Shown: positions 38,218-51,167 of the stretch, one piece after another
How positions within the stretch are numbered: position 1 is the stretch's first letter
Layout of the letters: each line of letters starts with the position of its first letter
Assembly (NCBI RefSeq): GCF_963921235.1
Contig: NC_086108.1
Span: 21,576,001 to 21,640,000, forward strand
Direction of reading: 5' to 3'
DNA: 64,000 nt
DNA from: Mobula hypostoma
Taxonomy: Eukaryota
Program-made: the position numbers and the translations under genes
The notes under the pieces: generated by a model
What the model was told of the DNA's origin: nothing
Database searches by the model: none
What the model saw: the letters and a program-made list of their open reading frames with translations, nothing else

Positions 38218-39224
38218 TACTTACAGGCTAGATAACAAGAGAGGTGCAAACTCCTCCCTCCACATTAAAAGGACTTTTGCCTGCTTTCTTGATGCTTCTG
38301 CATCCTCTAATCTTGCTCTAAAATCAAGATTTTGGTGTTGCAAATAACTTAAAGCCATGAGAACTCATAAACGACATAATGAAAATATATCCACACACTT
38401 AAATTTAGAACATGCACCCTCTTCTTGATGTTTGTAACTGCAAGCCTTTCCAACAGTGATAAATATTTGAGAGAAGAGTTCTATCAGCATAATCACTTAT
38501 TCTTAATGTTACCCTATTAAATATAACCATTAAAGACCCTCACCATTCAGGACATGTCTGCATCATGTTACTACAACCGGAGGAGCTACAGGAGCCTGAG
38601 GACCCATGCTCAACGTTCTGCCCTTCCACCATTTGAATTTCCGAACAGTCCATAAACCATGACCTAAACTTTGTCTTTTGCACCGTTTATTTGTGGAACC
38701 AGATTAATTTTTATGTCTTGCAGTCACTACTGCTGCAAAACAACACATTTCATGTTTTATGTTTAATGGGTATCATTTACATTAGTAATAATAATCCTTG
38801 TTAACATCCATCCCTCAATTTCTTGTGTGACAGTTGTCTCCATCACCTATCATTGCTCTGTGACCTTGAAGGTAGCTTTACTTGGTTCCTCCTCAAGGGC
38901 AACACAGTTGTGTCCACCATACCCCTATTTGGAAACAACAGCCAATTACTGTGTCAATCAGGATTTCTACTTTTTTTATTCCATGGGTAGACAGCTTGCC
39001 TGGAAAGGCAGTCATCAATCATATCATGGCCAAAAGCAGATTTGTTAGCCTCATTAATGTCTTTTGAGTCCCCTGAGATGTACAATCATCTCTGAGACCT
39101 GGATCTCTTGGTGAGATCTCACTAGATTTCTGCAACTCAGATCACACATTTTCTGGACCAAAAACCAACCACCAACTGTTATTTCATGTTTCATCTCACA
39201 TAAGGAGAGAAAAAGAAAGATATT

Positions 39225-39560
39225 CCCCGCCCCCTCCCCCTTCTATTTCCCACTCTGACCTTTTATCTCTTCTGACCTGCCTACTACTTCCCCCTGGGTC
39301 CGCTGCTCCTAACCTTTCTCCTATGATCCACTCTTCTCTCTAATCAGATTCCTTCTTCTTCAGTGCTTGACCTTTCCCACCAACCTAGCTTCACCTATCA
39401 CCTTCCAACTAGCCCCAATCCCCTCCTCCCACCTTTTTATTCTGACATCTTCTCCCTTTCTGCTCAGTCCTGAAGAAGAGTCTCAACCCAAAACATCGAC
39501 TGTTCATTTCCATTGATGCTGCCTGACCTGCTGAGTTCTTCCATCATTTTGTGTATGATA
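39225..39560 (+). mobile_element. Decayed Penelope-like UTR/tail
   Basis: Pyrimidine-rich UTR and degenerate hammerhead at about 39466-39502. Confidence 0.7.
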
Positions 39561-39999
39561 CAAATGTATCAAATGATAGCTATTTTGTGCTTAATCATCA
39601 AAAATCATTTTTCATGTTGATAGTCAGAAAGCAAACTCATTCTAGTCATTTTAGCACTTCAACTCACCAAACGTATCAGAGCAAAGGCTAAATTAGTTTA
39701 TTTGATGAAAAAAATAACAATGTCATATTGTGAAACCTTGTACAATGAAGTCCAATATTGCTGACATTATGGGAAAGTTCCATTTGCTCACTTCATGGCT
39801 CAATTCCAACAATTAAGCCATGAAGTGAGTAAGTTGAAAGTCACGTAATTTCTGCATTTCCACTCATCCCAAGAGGATAAACAATTTCATAGTCAGAGAC
39901 TTCATCACCCACCTCTGTACCAACACCATTACCCTGCCCTGCACCACCCGGCACCTAACATTCAAATCTTAGATCACTATTAAAATGCATCAGTGCAAG

Positions 40000-40575
40000 A
40001 GGCAACATGCACAAAATGCTGGAGAAATTCAACAAGCCAAACTGCATCTACATTTGGAAATAAAAAGGTGCCATTTCAGGCTGAGACCCTTCATCAGGAC
40101 TGAAAAGGAAGGGAGCAGAAGCCAGAAGATGGGGGGAGGGGAAGGAATACAAGCTAACAGGTGATAGGTGAGACCAGATGAGGGGGAATGTGGGTGGCTG
40201 AGGGAGCGGAGATGCAGTGAGAAGCTGAGAAGTGATAGGTTGAAGAGGTAAAAGGAGAAAAATGACAAGAGAGGACACTGGATCATGGAAGAAAGGGACA
40301 AGGAAGAGTACCAGAGGAAGTTGATAGGCAGGTGTGGCGAAAGGATGAGAGGGGAACCAAAAATTAGAGAAATCAAATATTCATACCAGCAGGTTGGAAG
40401 CTGCCAAGATGGAATACAAGATGTTTTTTTCCCAACCTGAGTGTGACCACATTGTGGCAGTAGAGGAGGCCATGAGCTGACATATAGAAATGGGAATGCA
40501 AAGTTGAATTGAAATAGGTGGTCACAGGGAAATCCCACGTTTAGTGGCAGACGAAGCAAAGGTCCTCCACAACTG
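40000..40575 (-). mobile_element. Decayed Penelope-like 3' fragment
   Basis: Tail, partial hammerhead (40070-40102), UTR and GIY-YIG remnant. Confidence 0.75.
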
Positions 40576-41129
40576 GTGTGAGATACATTTTTTAAAATAA
40601 AATCGCAGTGCAAATTCAGTTCTTTTATTAACATAAGGTGACTGCAGTCGTCATTTAGAGTGATTTGGGGAAAGAGAGGCTTTATGAACTAGCAAGGTGG
40701 CTTCCAACATAACACAGACTCAACCATATTACTTTAATCCCCTGAAATATGCTTGAGCTGAGATCACTACTTCTTGTTCACAAGCTAATCAGTAAAATCA
40801 GTTTGATCTGAAGAAATTTGCAGACAAACTGGAAAAGCAATTAGAAAAGGCTTTCAAGTTTTAAAATCCCAACTCTAGCAGCTCACTTTTGAAGTGTGCC
40901 ATGTTGGCAACTGCTTTTAGAGAAATGTTTGACCAAATAATACACACAGTCTCTGCCACAAATTGGACACTTACTTATCCTTTGCTCCCTCTTCACTTCA
41001 CTTTTGCATAACTGAACCAGAAGAATTTGCACTCGATACCATACTCAGTCAACAGGCCAGAATAAGCCAGTAAGCTGTTTGAGTATGACATACAGCCTGC
41101 TCGATAGAAAAAAAATCACAATAGCTATT

Positions 41130-43525
41130 CTAACTGATCACTCTCTATGCAACTATCTTGTCTACACACCCCTCCCCACTGATCTCCCTCCTGGCACTTA
41201 CACCTACAACCAGGACAAGTGCTACCCCTGCTCCCAGGGCCAGATGGTCTGCATCCTAGAGTGCTTAAGGAAGTAGCCCAAGAAATAGTGGATGCATTAG
41301 TTATAATTTTTCAAAACTCTTTAGATTCTGGACTAGTTCCTGAGGATTGGAGGGTGGCTAATGTAACCCCACTTTTTAAAAAAGGAGGGAGAGAAAAACC
41401 GGGGAATTATAGACCAGTTAGCCTAACATCGGTGGTGGGGAAACTGCTGGAGTCAGTTATCAAAGATGTGATAACAGCACATTTGGAAAGTGGTGAAATT
41501 ATCGGACAAAGTCAGCATGGATTTGTGAAAGGAAAATCATGTCTGACGAATCTCACAGAATTTTTTGAGGATGTAACTAGTAGAGTGGATAGGAGAGAAC
41601 AAGTGGATGTGGTATATTTGGATTTTCAAAAGGCTTTTGACAAGATCCAACACAGGAGATTAGTGTGCAAACTTAAAGCACACGGTATTGGGGGTAAGGT
41701 ATTGCTGTGGATAGAGAACTGGTTGGCAGACAGGAAGCAAAGAGTGGGAATAAATAAGACCTTTTCAGAATGGCAGGCAGTGACTAGTGGGGTACCGCAA
41801 GGCTCAGTGTTGGGGCACCAGTTGTTTACAATATATATTAATGACTTAGATGAGGGAATTAAATGCAGCATCTCCAAGTTTGCGGATGACACGAAGCTGG
41901 GCGGCAGTGTTAGCTGTGAGGAGGATGCTAAGAGGGTGCAGGGTGACTTGGATAGGTCGGGTGAGTGGGCAAATTCATGGCAGATGCAATTTAATGTGGA
42001 TAAATGTGAGGTTATCCACTTTGGTGGCAAGAACAGGAAAACAGATTATTATCTGAATGGTGGCCAATTAGGAAAAGGGGAGGTGCAGCGAGACCTGGGT
42101 GTCATTATACACCAGCCATTGAAAGTGGGCATGCAGGTACAGCAGGCGGTGAAAAAGGCGAATGGTATGCTGGCATTCATAGCAAGAGGATTCGAGTACA
42201 GGAGCAGGGAGGTACTACTGCAGTTGTACAAGGCCTTGGTGAGACCACACCTGGAGTATTGAGTGCAGTTCTGGTCCCCTAATCTGAGGAAAGACATTCT
42301 TGCCATAGAGAGAATACAAAGAAGGTTCACCAGATTGATTCCTGGGATGGCAGGACTTTCATATGAGGAAAGACTGGATCAACTAGGCTTATACTCATTG
42401 GAATTTAGAAGATTGAGAGGGGATCTTATTGAAATGTATAAAATCCTAAAGGGATCGGACAGGCTAGATGCAGGAAGATTGTTCCTGATGTTGAGGAAGT
42501 CCAGAACGAGAGGTCACAGTTTGAGGATAAAGGGGAAGCCTTTTAGGACCGAGATTAGGAAAAACTCCTTCGCACAGAGAGTGGTGAATCTGTGGAATTC
42601 TCTGCCACAGGAAACAGTTGAGGCCAGTTCATTGGCTATATTTAAGAGGGAGTTAGATATGGCCCTTGTGGCTAAAGGGATCGGGGGTATGGAGGGAAGG
42701 CTGGTACAGGGTTCTGAGTTGGATGATCAGCCATGATCATACTGAATGGCGGTGCAGGCTCGAAGAGCTGAATGGCCTACTCCTGCACCTATCTTCTATG
42801 TTTCTATGTTTCCCTTACCACAATTTAAGACTCCAGGTGAGGCAACAATTCACCTGCAATTTTTCAGGGTCATCTCCTGGTGTGACCTCCTCTACATTGG
42901 TGAGACCTGATATAGATTGGAAGACCGCTTCATCAAGCACCTAGTCTGCCACAGAAGGCAGAAATTCCCAGTGGCCACCCATTTCAATTTGACTTCCTAT
43001 TCCTATTCCGCCTTGTCGTCTGCTGCCAATGAGGCCATACCCAGGTTAGAGGAGTAACACCTCATTCGTCTGGGTAGCTTCCATCCTGATGACATGAATA
43101 TCGATTTCTCTAACTTAAGGTATTTACCCCCCCCCCACACACACTTTTTTCATTCTCATATAGGTTCTGCTCTTCTCTTTTTTCTTCTCATCACCTGTTC
43201 ATCAACTTCCTCTGGTGTCCCTCCTCCTTCCCTTTCTCCCTTGGTCCACTCTCCTCTCCTATCGTGTTCCTTCTTCGTCAGGCTTTTACCCCTTCTACCT
43301 GTCATCTCCCAGCTTTTTACTTCATCCCACCCACCTTCCCCTTCACCTGATTTCACCCAACACCTGCCAGCTTGTTCTCCTTCCCCTCGCCCAACCTTCT
43401 TATTCTGGCTCCTCTCCCTTCCTTTCTAGTCCTGATGAAGGGTCTCAGCCTGAAACACCGAATGTTTACTCCCCTCCAGAGATGCTGCCTGACCTGCTGA
43501 GCTCCTGCAGCATTTGGTATGTGAC
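41130..43525 (+). mobile_element. Older Penelope-like fragment (41130-41235 and 42811-43525) split by a CR1 insertion
   Basis: PLPTDLPPGTY..N.DKCY.C before the CR1; it continues cccttaccac...caggtgaggca, GIY-YIG remnant, UTR and tail after it. Confidence 0.75.
41236..42810 (+). mobile_element. Young CR1 LINE, 5'-truncated, nearly intact RT
   Basis: PGPDG, NYRPVSLTS, YLDFQKAFD, GVPQGSVLG and KFADDTKL motifs. Single premature TGA at 42260-42262. (TTCTATGT)n tail. Confidence 0.95.
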
Positions 43526-44560
43526 ACTATAAAGCTGATGCACTTTCATCCAGACATGTCACATGTACTCACACGTTCTTTTCCAGTAACTAGAACTTTC
43601 AAACAACACATTGACAACTCAATGTGAACAAGTAAACTCTGGTTTAAGTTTCATGTATTTGTCCACTTCCAGAATTGTCTGTCCTCATCTCTCAGAAGGT
43701 TCCAGAGAAATAGGCCTTGTACAACTAAAAAACTATTTTATTGATTATTTTTCATTTTGCTGGTTTGGCAGCTCCTTGTTCCTTTTTCCTAAGCACTTCA
43801 CAAACTCTTCTTTGAAAATAGTGAATAACTGAACACAATGAACTAAGCAACTAATCATAGGCCACAAATTGTTGCAGACTTAACAACATATCCAAATCCC
43901 AGCAAATACCACAGCTCCTGACTTGATGAAATTCATGATTTCAGATGTCACTTACACAACATTCACTGAAACCCTAGACACTAATGAGCCTGAAAAAAAA
44001 AATCCACCAATGCAACACTTTAAGTAAACCCATTCCCTGTAGACCTCAATGAAATCTCCATTGCCTCCTTATCATCATAATTGCAAATTGTCTCACATTA
44101 TTGATTCTCATCATGGAGATTAACCTATTAAATTTAATTCTCCCTCAAGGAATAAAAGTATCCTCCAGGATACTTATTATGAATCAGAAAATGAGGAACC
44201 AGGAAAGAAGACCAAAACTTACTCTGTGGGAGATTTAAAGCAATAAGCTAAAGGAAAAGAGGTACCAAGGGACACTGTATGGAAGAGATATCAGGGTTTT
44301 AAAACCCAAGTTTTGATGTATATTTGCCAATGACGCAGCAAGAGGCCTGAAATGCAGAAGTGCAGAGCTCTGGTCTCTTGGAGGACTCAGAGGTGGGAAT
44401 GTTAGTTGGATGAACAACAGAATAATGATGATTACAGACAGACAGACAGACAGACATACTTTATTGATCCCCAGGGAAATTGAGTTTCGTTACAGTTGCA
44501 CCAACCAAGAATAGAGTATAAATATAGCAATATAAAACCATAAATAATTAAATAAAAATA

Positions 44561-45931
44561 CAGGTGTCTCCCGCTTTTCCAACGTTCGCTTTACGAAACC
44601 TCACTGTTACAAAAGACCTACATTAGTTACCTGCTTTCGCTAACAGAAGGTGTTTTCACTGTTATGAAGAAAGGCAGCGCGTGATAAAAGGCAGAGAAGC
44701 CGCTCCTCCCCGGGAACATCATTCTCACCAGCAATGCTTAAACACATGCCTGTGAGCAGCCGTTAGCAAGATGAGTTCTAAGGTATCGGAAAAGCCTGAA
44801 AGAGCTCGTAAGGGTGTTACACAGCGTAAAACTAGACAAAGTTACAAAATACACATGGACTAAGCTGTTAACCGTCCTGTGCTATCACCAGTGGGATCAT
44901 CAGTTGATCTGCCACCTGTCTTCAGGAGTTTCGGCCCGCTTATGATCAAGACTCCTTCGAGGTGGTGGGCCAGTTAAGCGTTTCGATCATGGTGAACGAA
45001 GTAAGGACCAAGTGAGTTTGGCTTGTGGAAGCTGACGAAGATGATGTTGAAGAGGTTTTGGTATCCCATGACCAAGCACTGATAGATGAACAGCTGATGC
45101 AATTGGAAGAGCAAAGGATAACAATCGAAACCAAATTCAGTAGCGAAAGTGAAGTCATCCAGGAACTGAATGTGAAGCAACTGCGTGAGATTTTCACTGC
45201 AATGCTGAAGTACGACTTTAATTTTGAAAGGGTATGTCGGTTTAGGGCATACAGTATTTGCAAGATGGTTTGAGTGCTTACAAAGAACTGTATGATAGAA
45301 AAATGCGCGAAGCTCAGCAGTCAAGCAAGCCTTCCACAGCAGGCGACGAACCTCGACCTTTGACATCGGAGAAGATGAGCAGCCTGCCCGAATGGAAACA
45401 GACAACAATGAGATGACACCCCAGTGTCCCACCACCCCAAACCCCAGGCCGCGGACAGATACCAATTCGCGGAGAATGCAGCGGTAGCAGGGAGGCACAC
45501 AGCACATCTTTAAGAAAAAAGACAAAATAAACAAGCTAATTAATTAGGTGCCGCCCGGCACGTAATTGTCGGCCCAGATCAGATGATTGCTCTGATCAGA
45601 GGTCCTGACGAAGGGTCTCGGCCTGAAACATCGACTGTACCTCTTCCTAGAGATGCTGCCTGGCCTGCTGCGTTCACCAGCAACTTTGATGTGTGTTGCT
45701 ACTTTATATAGGCTGTGTATTTATCATATCATTCCTGCTTTTACTATATGTTACTGTTATTTTAGGTTTTATGTGTTATTTCGCATGATTTGGTAGGTTA
45801 TTTTTGGGTCTGCGAACGCTCACAAAATTTTCCCATATAAATAAATGGTAATTGCTCCTTTGCTTTATGACATTCCGGCTTACGAACCGTTTCATCGGAA
45901 CGCTCTACCTTCGGATGGTGGGGGAAACTTG
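44561..45931 (+). mobile_element. Internally deleted Tigger/pogo transposon
   Basis: TIRs caggtgtctcccgc / ggtgggggaaacttg after TA. Transposase N-terminus (MSSKVSEKPERARKGV) and acidic C-terminus (EADEDDVEEVL..HDQ.L.DE.LMQLEE). Confidence 0.85.
45600..45700 (+). mobile_element. Penelope hammerhead/tail fragment inside the Tigger element
   Basis: gtcctgacgaagggtctcggcctgaaacatcgactg followed by tail. Confidence 0.8.
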
Positions 45932-47244
45932 CATGTAAATTATGCCAGATGGAAATAAGTCCAGGACCAGCCTATTGGCTCAGGGTGTCTGACTCTCCAA
46001 GGGAGGAGTTGTAAAGTTTGATAGCCACAGGCAGGAATGACTTCCTATGACGTTCAGTGTTGCATCTCGGTGGAATGAGTCCCTGGTTGAATGTACTCCT
46101 GTGCCCAACCAATACATTATGTAGTGGTTGGGAGACATTGTCCAAGATGGCATGCAACTTGGACAGTGTCCTCTTTTCAGACACCACCATCAGAGAGTTC
46201 AGTTCCATCCCCACAACATCACTGGCCTTACGAATGAGTTTGTTGATTCTGTTGGTGTCTGCTACCCTCAACCTGCTGCCCCAGCATACAACAGCCAACA
46301 TGATAGCACTGGCCACCACAGACTCGTAGAACATCCTCAGCATCGTCCGACAGATGTTAAAGGACCTCAGTCTCCTCAGGAAATAGAGACAGCTCTGACC
46401 CTTCTTGTAGACAGCCTCAGTGTTCTTTGACCAGTCCAGTTTATTGTCAATTCGTATCCCCAGGTATTTGTAATCCACCACCATGTCTACACTGACCCCC
46501 TGGATGGAAACAGGGGTCACCGGTGCCTTAGCCCTCCTCAGGTCCACCACTAGCTCCTTAGTCTTTTTCACATTAAGCTGCAGATAATTCTGCTCACACC
46601 ATGTGACAAAGTTTCCCACCGTAGCCCTGTACTCAGCCTCATCTCCCTTGCTGATGCATCCAACTATGGCAGAGTCATCAGAAAACTTCTGAAAATGGCA
46701 AGACTCTGTACAGTAGTTGAAGTCTGAGGTGTAGATAGTGAAGAGAAAGGGAGACAAGACAGTCCCCTGTGGAGCCCCAATACTGCTGACCACTCTGTCT
46801 GACACACATATCATAAGTGCAATTACATTTAGTAACTATGAGGCTTTGGTACTTATTACTTAGCAATTTAAAGCAGCCATTCATCAATGAAAAAGTCCTT
46901 CTTGACTCCTGTTTCATGAGCAAAAGTCACTCAATAAAATGGGACAGCTTGTATGATGTAACTGAAGAGGTGACAGATACTAAACAAAAATAATCATTCA
47001 AAGCAACAAAAGAAAAGTGAAGTGGAACTTTCATCTCTACCTCTTCAAAAGTTGCCGATGGAAAGTTGCCCAACATAGGGTCAATATAAATTAGCAACTT
47101 GTATAGTTAAAATAAAGCTGAATGCACAATAACAAAATATGAATATACTCTGCATATGATGCCAACCTTGAATCAGCTGGTAGCATTCTCTTTTCCAGTT
47201 TGGAGGATCATGAATTCAAGCCTTAGTCACAGACTTTGTTCTAT

Positions 47245-49715
47245 TTTTCAAGTTTATCGGAAAGATAGGTTAGTAGGCAGAGGGGGTGGTGTGGCCCTGG
47301 GTATAAGAAATAATATTAAATCATTAGAAAGGGATAACTTACGATCTATGGGTTGAGTTAAGAAATGACAAGGGTGAAAGGACCTTCATGGCAGTTGTAT
47401 TCAGGCCTCCAACAGCAACCGAGCTGTGGATTACAAATTGCAGCAGGAGATAGAAGAAATATCAGAAGTGCAATGTCATGATAACCATTGGAGATTTTAA
47501 CATGAAAGCGGATTGGGAAAACCAGGCCAGTACTGGACCTCAAGAGAGAGAATTCGTAGAATGTCTAAGGGATGACTTTTTAGAACAGCTTGTTGTTGAG
47601 CCCAGTAGGAGATCAGCTGTGCTGGATTAGGTATTGTGCAATGATCCGGAGGTGATAAGAGAGTTTAAGATTAAGGAACACTTGGTGAACAGTGATCACA
47701 ATATGATCAAGTTCACTCTGAAATTTGAGAAGGAGAAACTAAATTCCAATGTGTCGGTACTTCAGTGCAATAAAGGAAATTACAATGGCATGAGAGGAGA
47801 ACTGGCCAAAGTTGACTGGAAAGGGACACTAGCAGGAAGGACAGCACAGCAGCAATGGCTGGAGTTTCTGCAAAAAATGAGGGAAGTGAAAGACATATAT
47901 TCCAAATAAGAAGAAATTTTCGAATGGAAGAAAGACACTACTGTGGCTGACAAGTGAAGCCACAGGCAAAGTAAAAGCAAAAGAGAGGGCATACAAGGAA
48001 GCCAAAGATAGTTGGAAGATAGAGGACTGGAAAGTTTTTAAAAACTTGCAGAAGGAAACTAAAGTCATTAGGAAGGAACAGATGAATTATGAAAGGAAGC
48101 TGGTGACTAATATCAAACAAGATACCAAAAACTTTTTCAAGTATATGAAGGATAAAAGAGAGTTGAGGGTAGATATAGGACCAATAGAAAATGATGCTGG
48201 AGATATTGTAATGAGAGACACAGAGATGGCAGAAGAACTAAATGCATATTTTGCATCAGTCTTCACAGTAGAAGACATCTGCAGTATACCAGACATTCAA
48301 GAGTGTCAGGGAAGTGAAGTAAGTGCAGTGAAAAATACGACTGAGAAGCTTAATGGTCTGAGGGTGGATAAATCTCATGGACCTGATGGAATGCACCCTT
48401 GGGTTCTGAAGGAAGTAGCTGGAGAGATTGCAGAGGCATTAACAATGATCTTTCAAGAATAGATAGATTCTGGCATAGTACCAGATAACTGGAAAATTAC
48501 AAATGTTAGTCCACTATTTAAGAAGGGTGGGAGGCAGCAGAAAGGAAAATATAGACCTGTTTGCTTAACATCAGTGATTGGGAAGTTGTTGGAATTAATT
48601 GTTAGGGATGAGGTTACTGAGTACCTGGAGGTACATGACAAGATAAGCCAAAGCCAGCATGGTTTCCTAAAAGGAAACTCCTGCCTAACCTACTGCAATC
48701 TTTTGAGGAAATTACAGGCAGGGTAGACAAAGGAGATGCAGTAGATGTGCTGTACTTGGAGTTTCAGAAGGCCTGTGACAAGTGCTACACATGAGGCTGC
48801 TTAGCAAGATAACAGCCATGGAATTACAGGGAAGTTAGTAGCATGGGTGGAGCATTGGCTGGTTAGCAGAAAACAGACAGTGGGAATAAAGGGTCCAATT
48901 CTGGCTGGTTACCAGTGGAGTTCCACAGGGGTTGGTGTTGGGACTGCTGCTTTTTATGATGTATGTCAATGATCTGGACTATGGGATTAATAGATTTGTG
49001 GCTAAATTTGCCAATGATACAAAGATAGGTGGAGGAGCAGGTAGTGTTGAGGAAACAGAGAGCCTGCAGAGAGTCTTAGATAGTTTAGGAGAATGGGCAA
49101 AGAAGTGGCAAATGAAATACAATGTTGGAAAGTGTAGGGTCATACACTTTGGTGGAAGAAATAAACGGGCAGACTATTATTTAGATGGGGAGAGAATTCA
49201 AAATGCAGAGATGCAAAGGGATTTGGGAGTGCTTGGCAGGATACCCTAAAGGTTAAGCTCTAGGTTGAGTCGGTGGTGAAGATGATGAATGTAATGTTGG
49301 CATTTGTTTCTAGAGGTACAGAATATAAGAGCAGGGAGGTGACGTTGAGGCTATATAAGGCACGAGTGAGACCACACTAGGGAGTATTGTGTGCAATTTT
49401 GGGCTCCTTATTTTAGAAAGGATATACATGTACTGACGTTGGAGAAGGTTCAGAGAAGATTCACAGAATGATTCCAGGAATGAAAGGGTTACTGCATGAG
49501 GAATGTCTGGCAGCTTTTGGGCTGTATTCCCTGGAGTTCAGGAGAATGAGGGGGGATCCCATAAAAACATTCTGAATGTTAAAAGGCCTGAACAAATTAG
49601 ATATGGCAAAGTTATTTCCCCATGGTAGGAGATTCTAGGACAAGAGCGCATGACTTCAGGATAGAAGGATGTCCATTTAGAACAGAGAAGTGGAGAAATT
49701 ACTTTAGTCAGAGAG
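47245..49715 (+). mobile_element. Decayed CR1 LINE ORF2 (APE end through RT and C-terminus)
   Basis: YRKDR..GRGGGVAL, GDFN, SDHNMI, GPDG.HP and KFANDTKIGG motifs with many stops. Confidence 0.9.
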
Positions 49716-51167
49716 GCACTTTTCTGAGGCACCACTTTTTGAAGATGTCTTGGATCCTCGAAGTGGCACAGCTTGATTAAATTATTCATCATTGAAAACA
49801 CTAATATCATTGGACCAACAGCAGTAAACAGTAAAGGCACAAAGAAAAATATTACATGAGGCCGATAAAATTCTAGTGCAGAGTTGAAATAATCATGTCA
49901 ATCTTTTACAAAGAGATTTTTGAACTCAGTGCCACTTTTTATATAATGATCAGTCACTGCATTTCAAAATACTACATGGTACTGAAAAGCTGAGAGATTA
50001 GAAAGGAAACTAACTTTATGTTCTATTGTTTTTCGTCAGAGATCAAATGATAATATGTCACATCCTCACAGGTTTCAATACAAAATTGCAAGGATGGTAG
50101 CTTTGGGTGTATTAAAGGTTAGAACTAAGCTTAGAAGGTACACTTTAGAAATGGTCTTAAAATGTTCTGACAAAAGGCAAGTCATTCACATGAGAAGCAC
50201 TGCCTGGTAGCGATTACATAACAAGTAGATCAGAGAACCTACACAACCAACTGAAACAACTCGATCCACTCCATCTACCTCAAAATTCAAAATCAGAGTA
50301 TCCATCATCTGGTTTGTCTCATTTAATGCTTACCCTACCACAACCCAATGTTCGTAGCTTTCAACTATTTAATTGTTTCCTGATCAGTAATTAATCACGT
50401 CCAATAGAGAAAAAGATGTTTCCACCTCTCCTGGATAATCAACCTACACTTTCAGACAAGTCCCCTTCCCAGGACACTTTTGCAAAGAACATTTCAAGAC
50501 ACATACTGGTTTCCAGTTGCTTAGTGTCTTGCCTTTGGTGTCGAAAGCATGACAACAAAGTATTGGAGAAATATGGCATCTGAACATTTACTCAAACTTT
50601 TAAATACTCTGCTAGGCTGGAAAGATGGAAATGATTGGAATAAACACTAACTCTAACTTTTCACATCTGAACTGGGCACTCGTGCATAGTAGCACAATAA
50701 TTTCACAATCCGCAATCCAAACATGTTTGGGCAATCTGTCAAGTATATTCACAGAGGAAAACTTATATTCCGATAGGAGGTTGAAGGGTTCTTCAAGAAC
50801 AGTGTGCCTACAAACATACAGTGGCATGCAAAAGTTTGGGCACCCCTGGTCAAAAGTGAGTAGAAGATGAACTGATCTCCAAAAGTCATAAAGGTAAAGA
50901 TGAAACATTCTTTTCAACATTTAAGCAAGATTAGTGTATTATTTTTGTTTTGTACAATTTTAGAGTGAAAAAAAAGATAGGAGCACCATGCAAAGGTTTG
51001 GGCACCCCAGGAGCTCTCAGATAACTTTTACCAAGGTCTCAGACCTTAACTAACTTGTTAGGGCTATGGCTTGTTCACAGTCATCATTAGGAAAGGCCAG
51101 TTGATACAAATTACAAAGCTTTATAAATACCCTGACTCCTCAAACCTTGTCCCAACAATCAGCAGCC

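Larger units (their letters stand above)
44437..46807 (-). mobile_element. Rex1/Babar LINE 3' portion with (TCTG)n tail, interrupted by a Tigger element
   Basis: 280-aa ORF with GAPQGTVLSPFLF and KFSDDSAIVG. The 3' UTR is split at 44560/45932. (acag)n microsatellite at 44437-44455. Confidence 0.9.
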
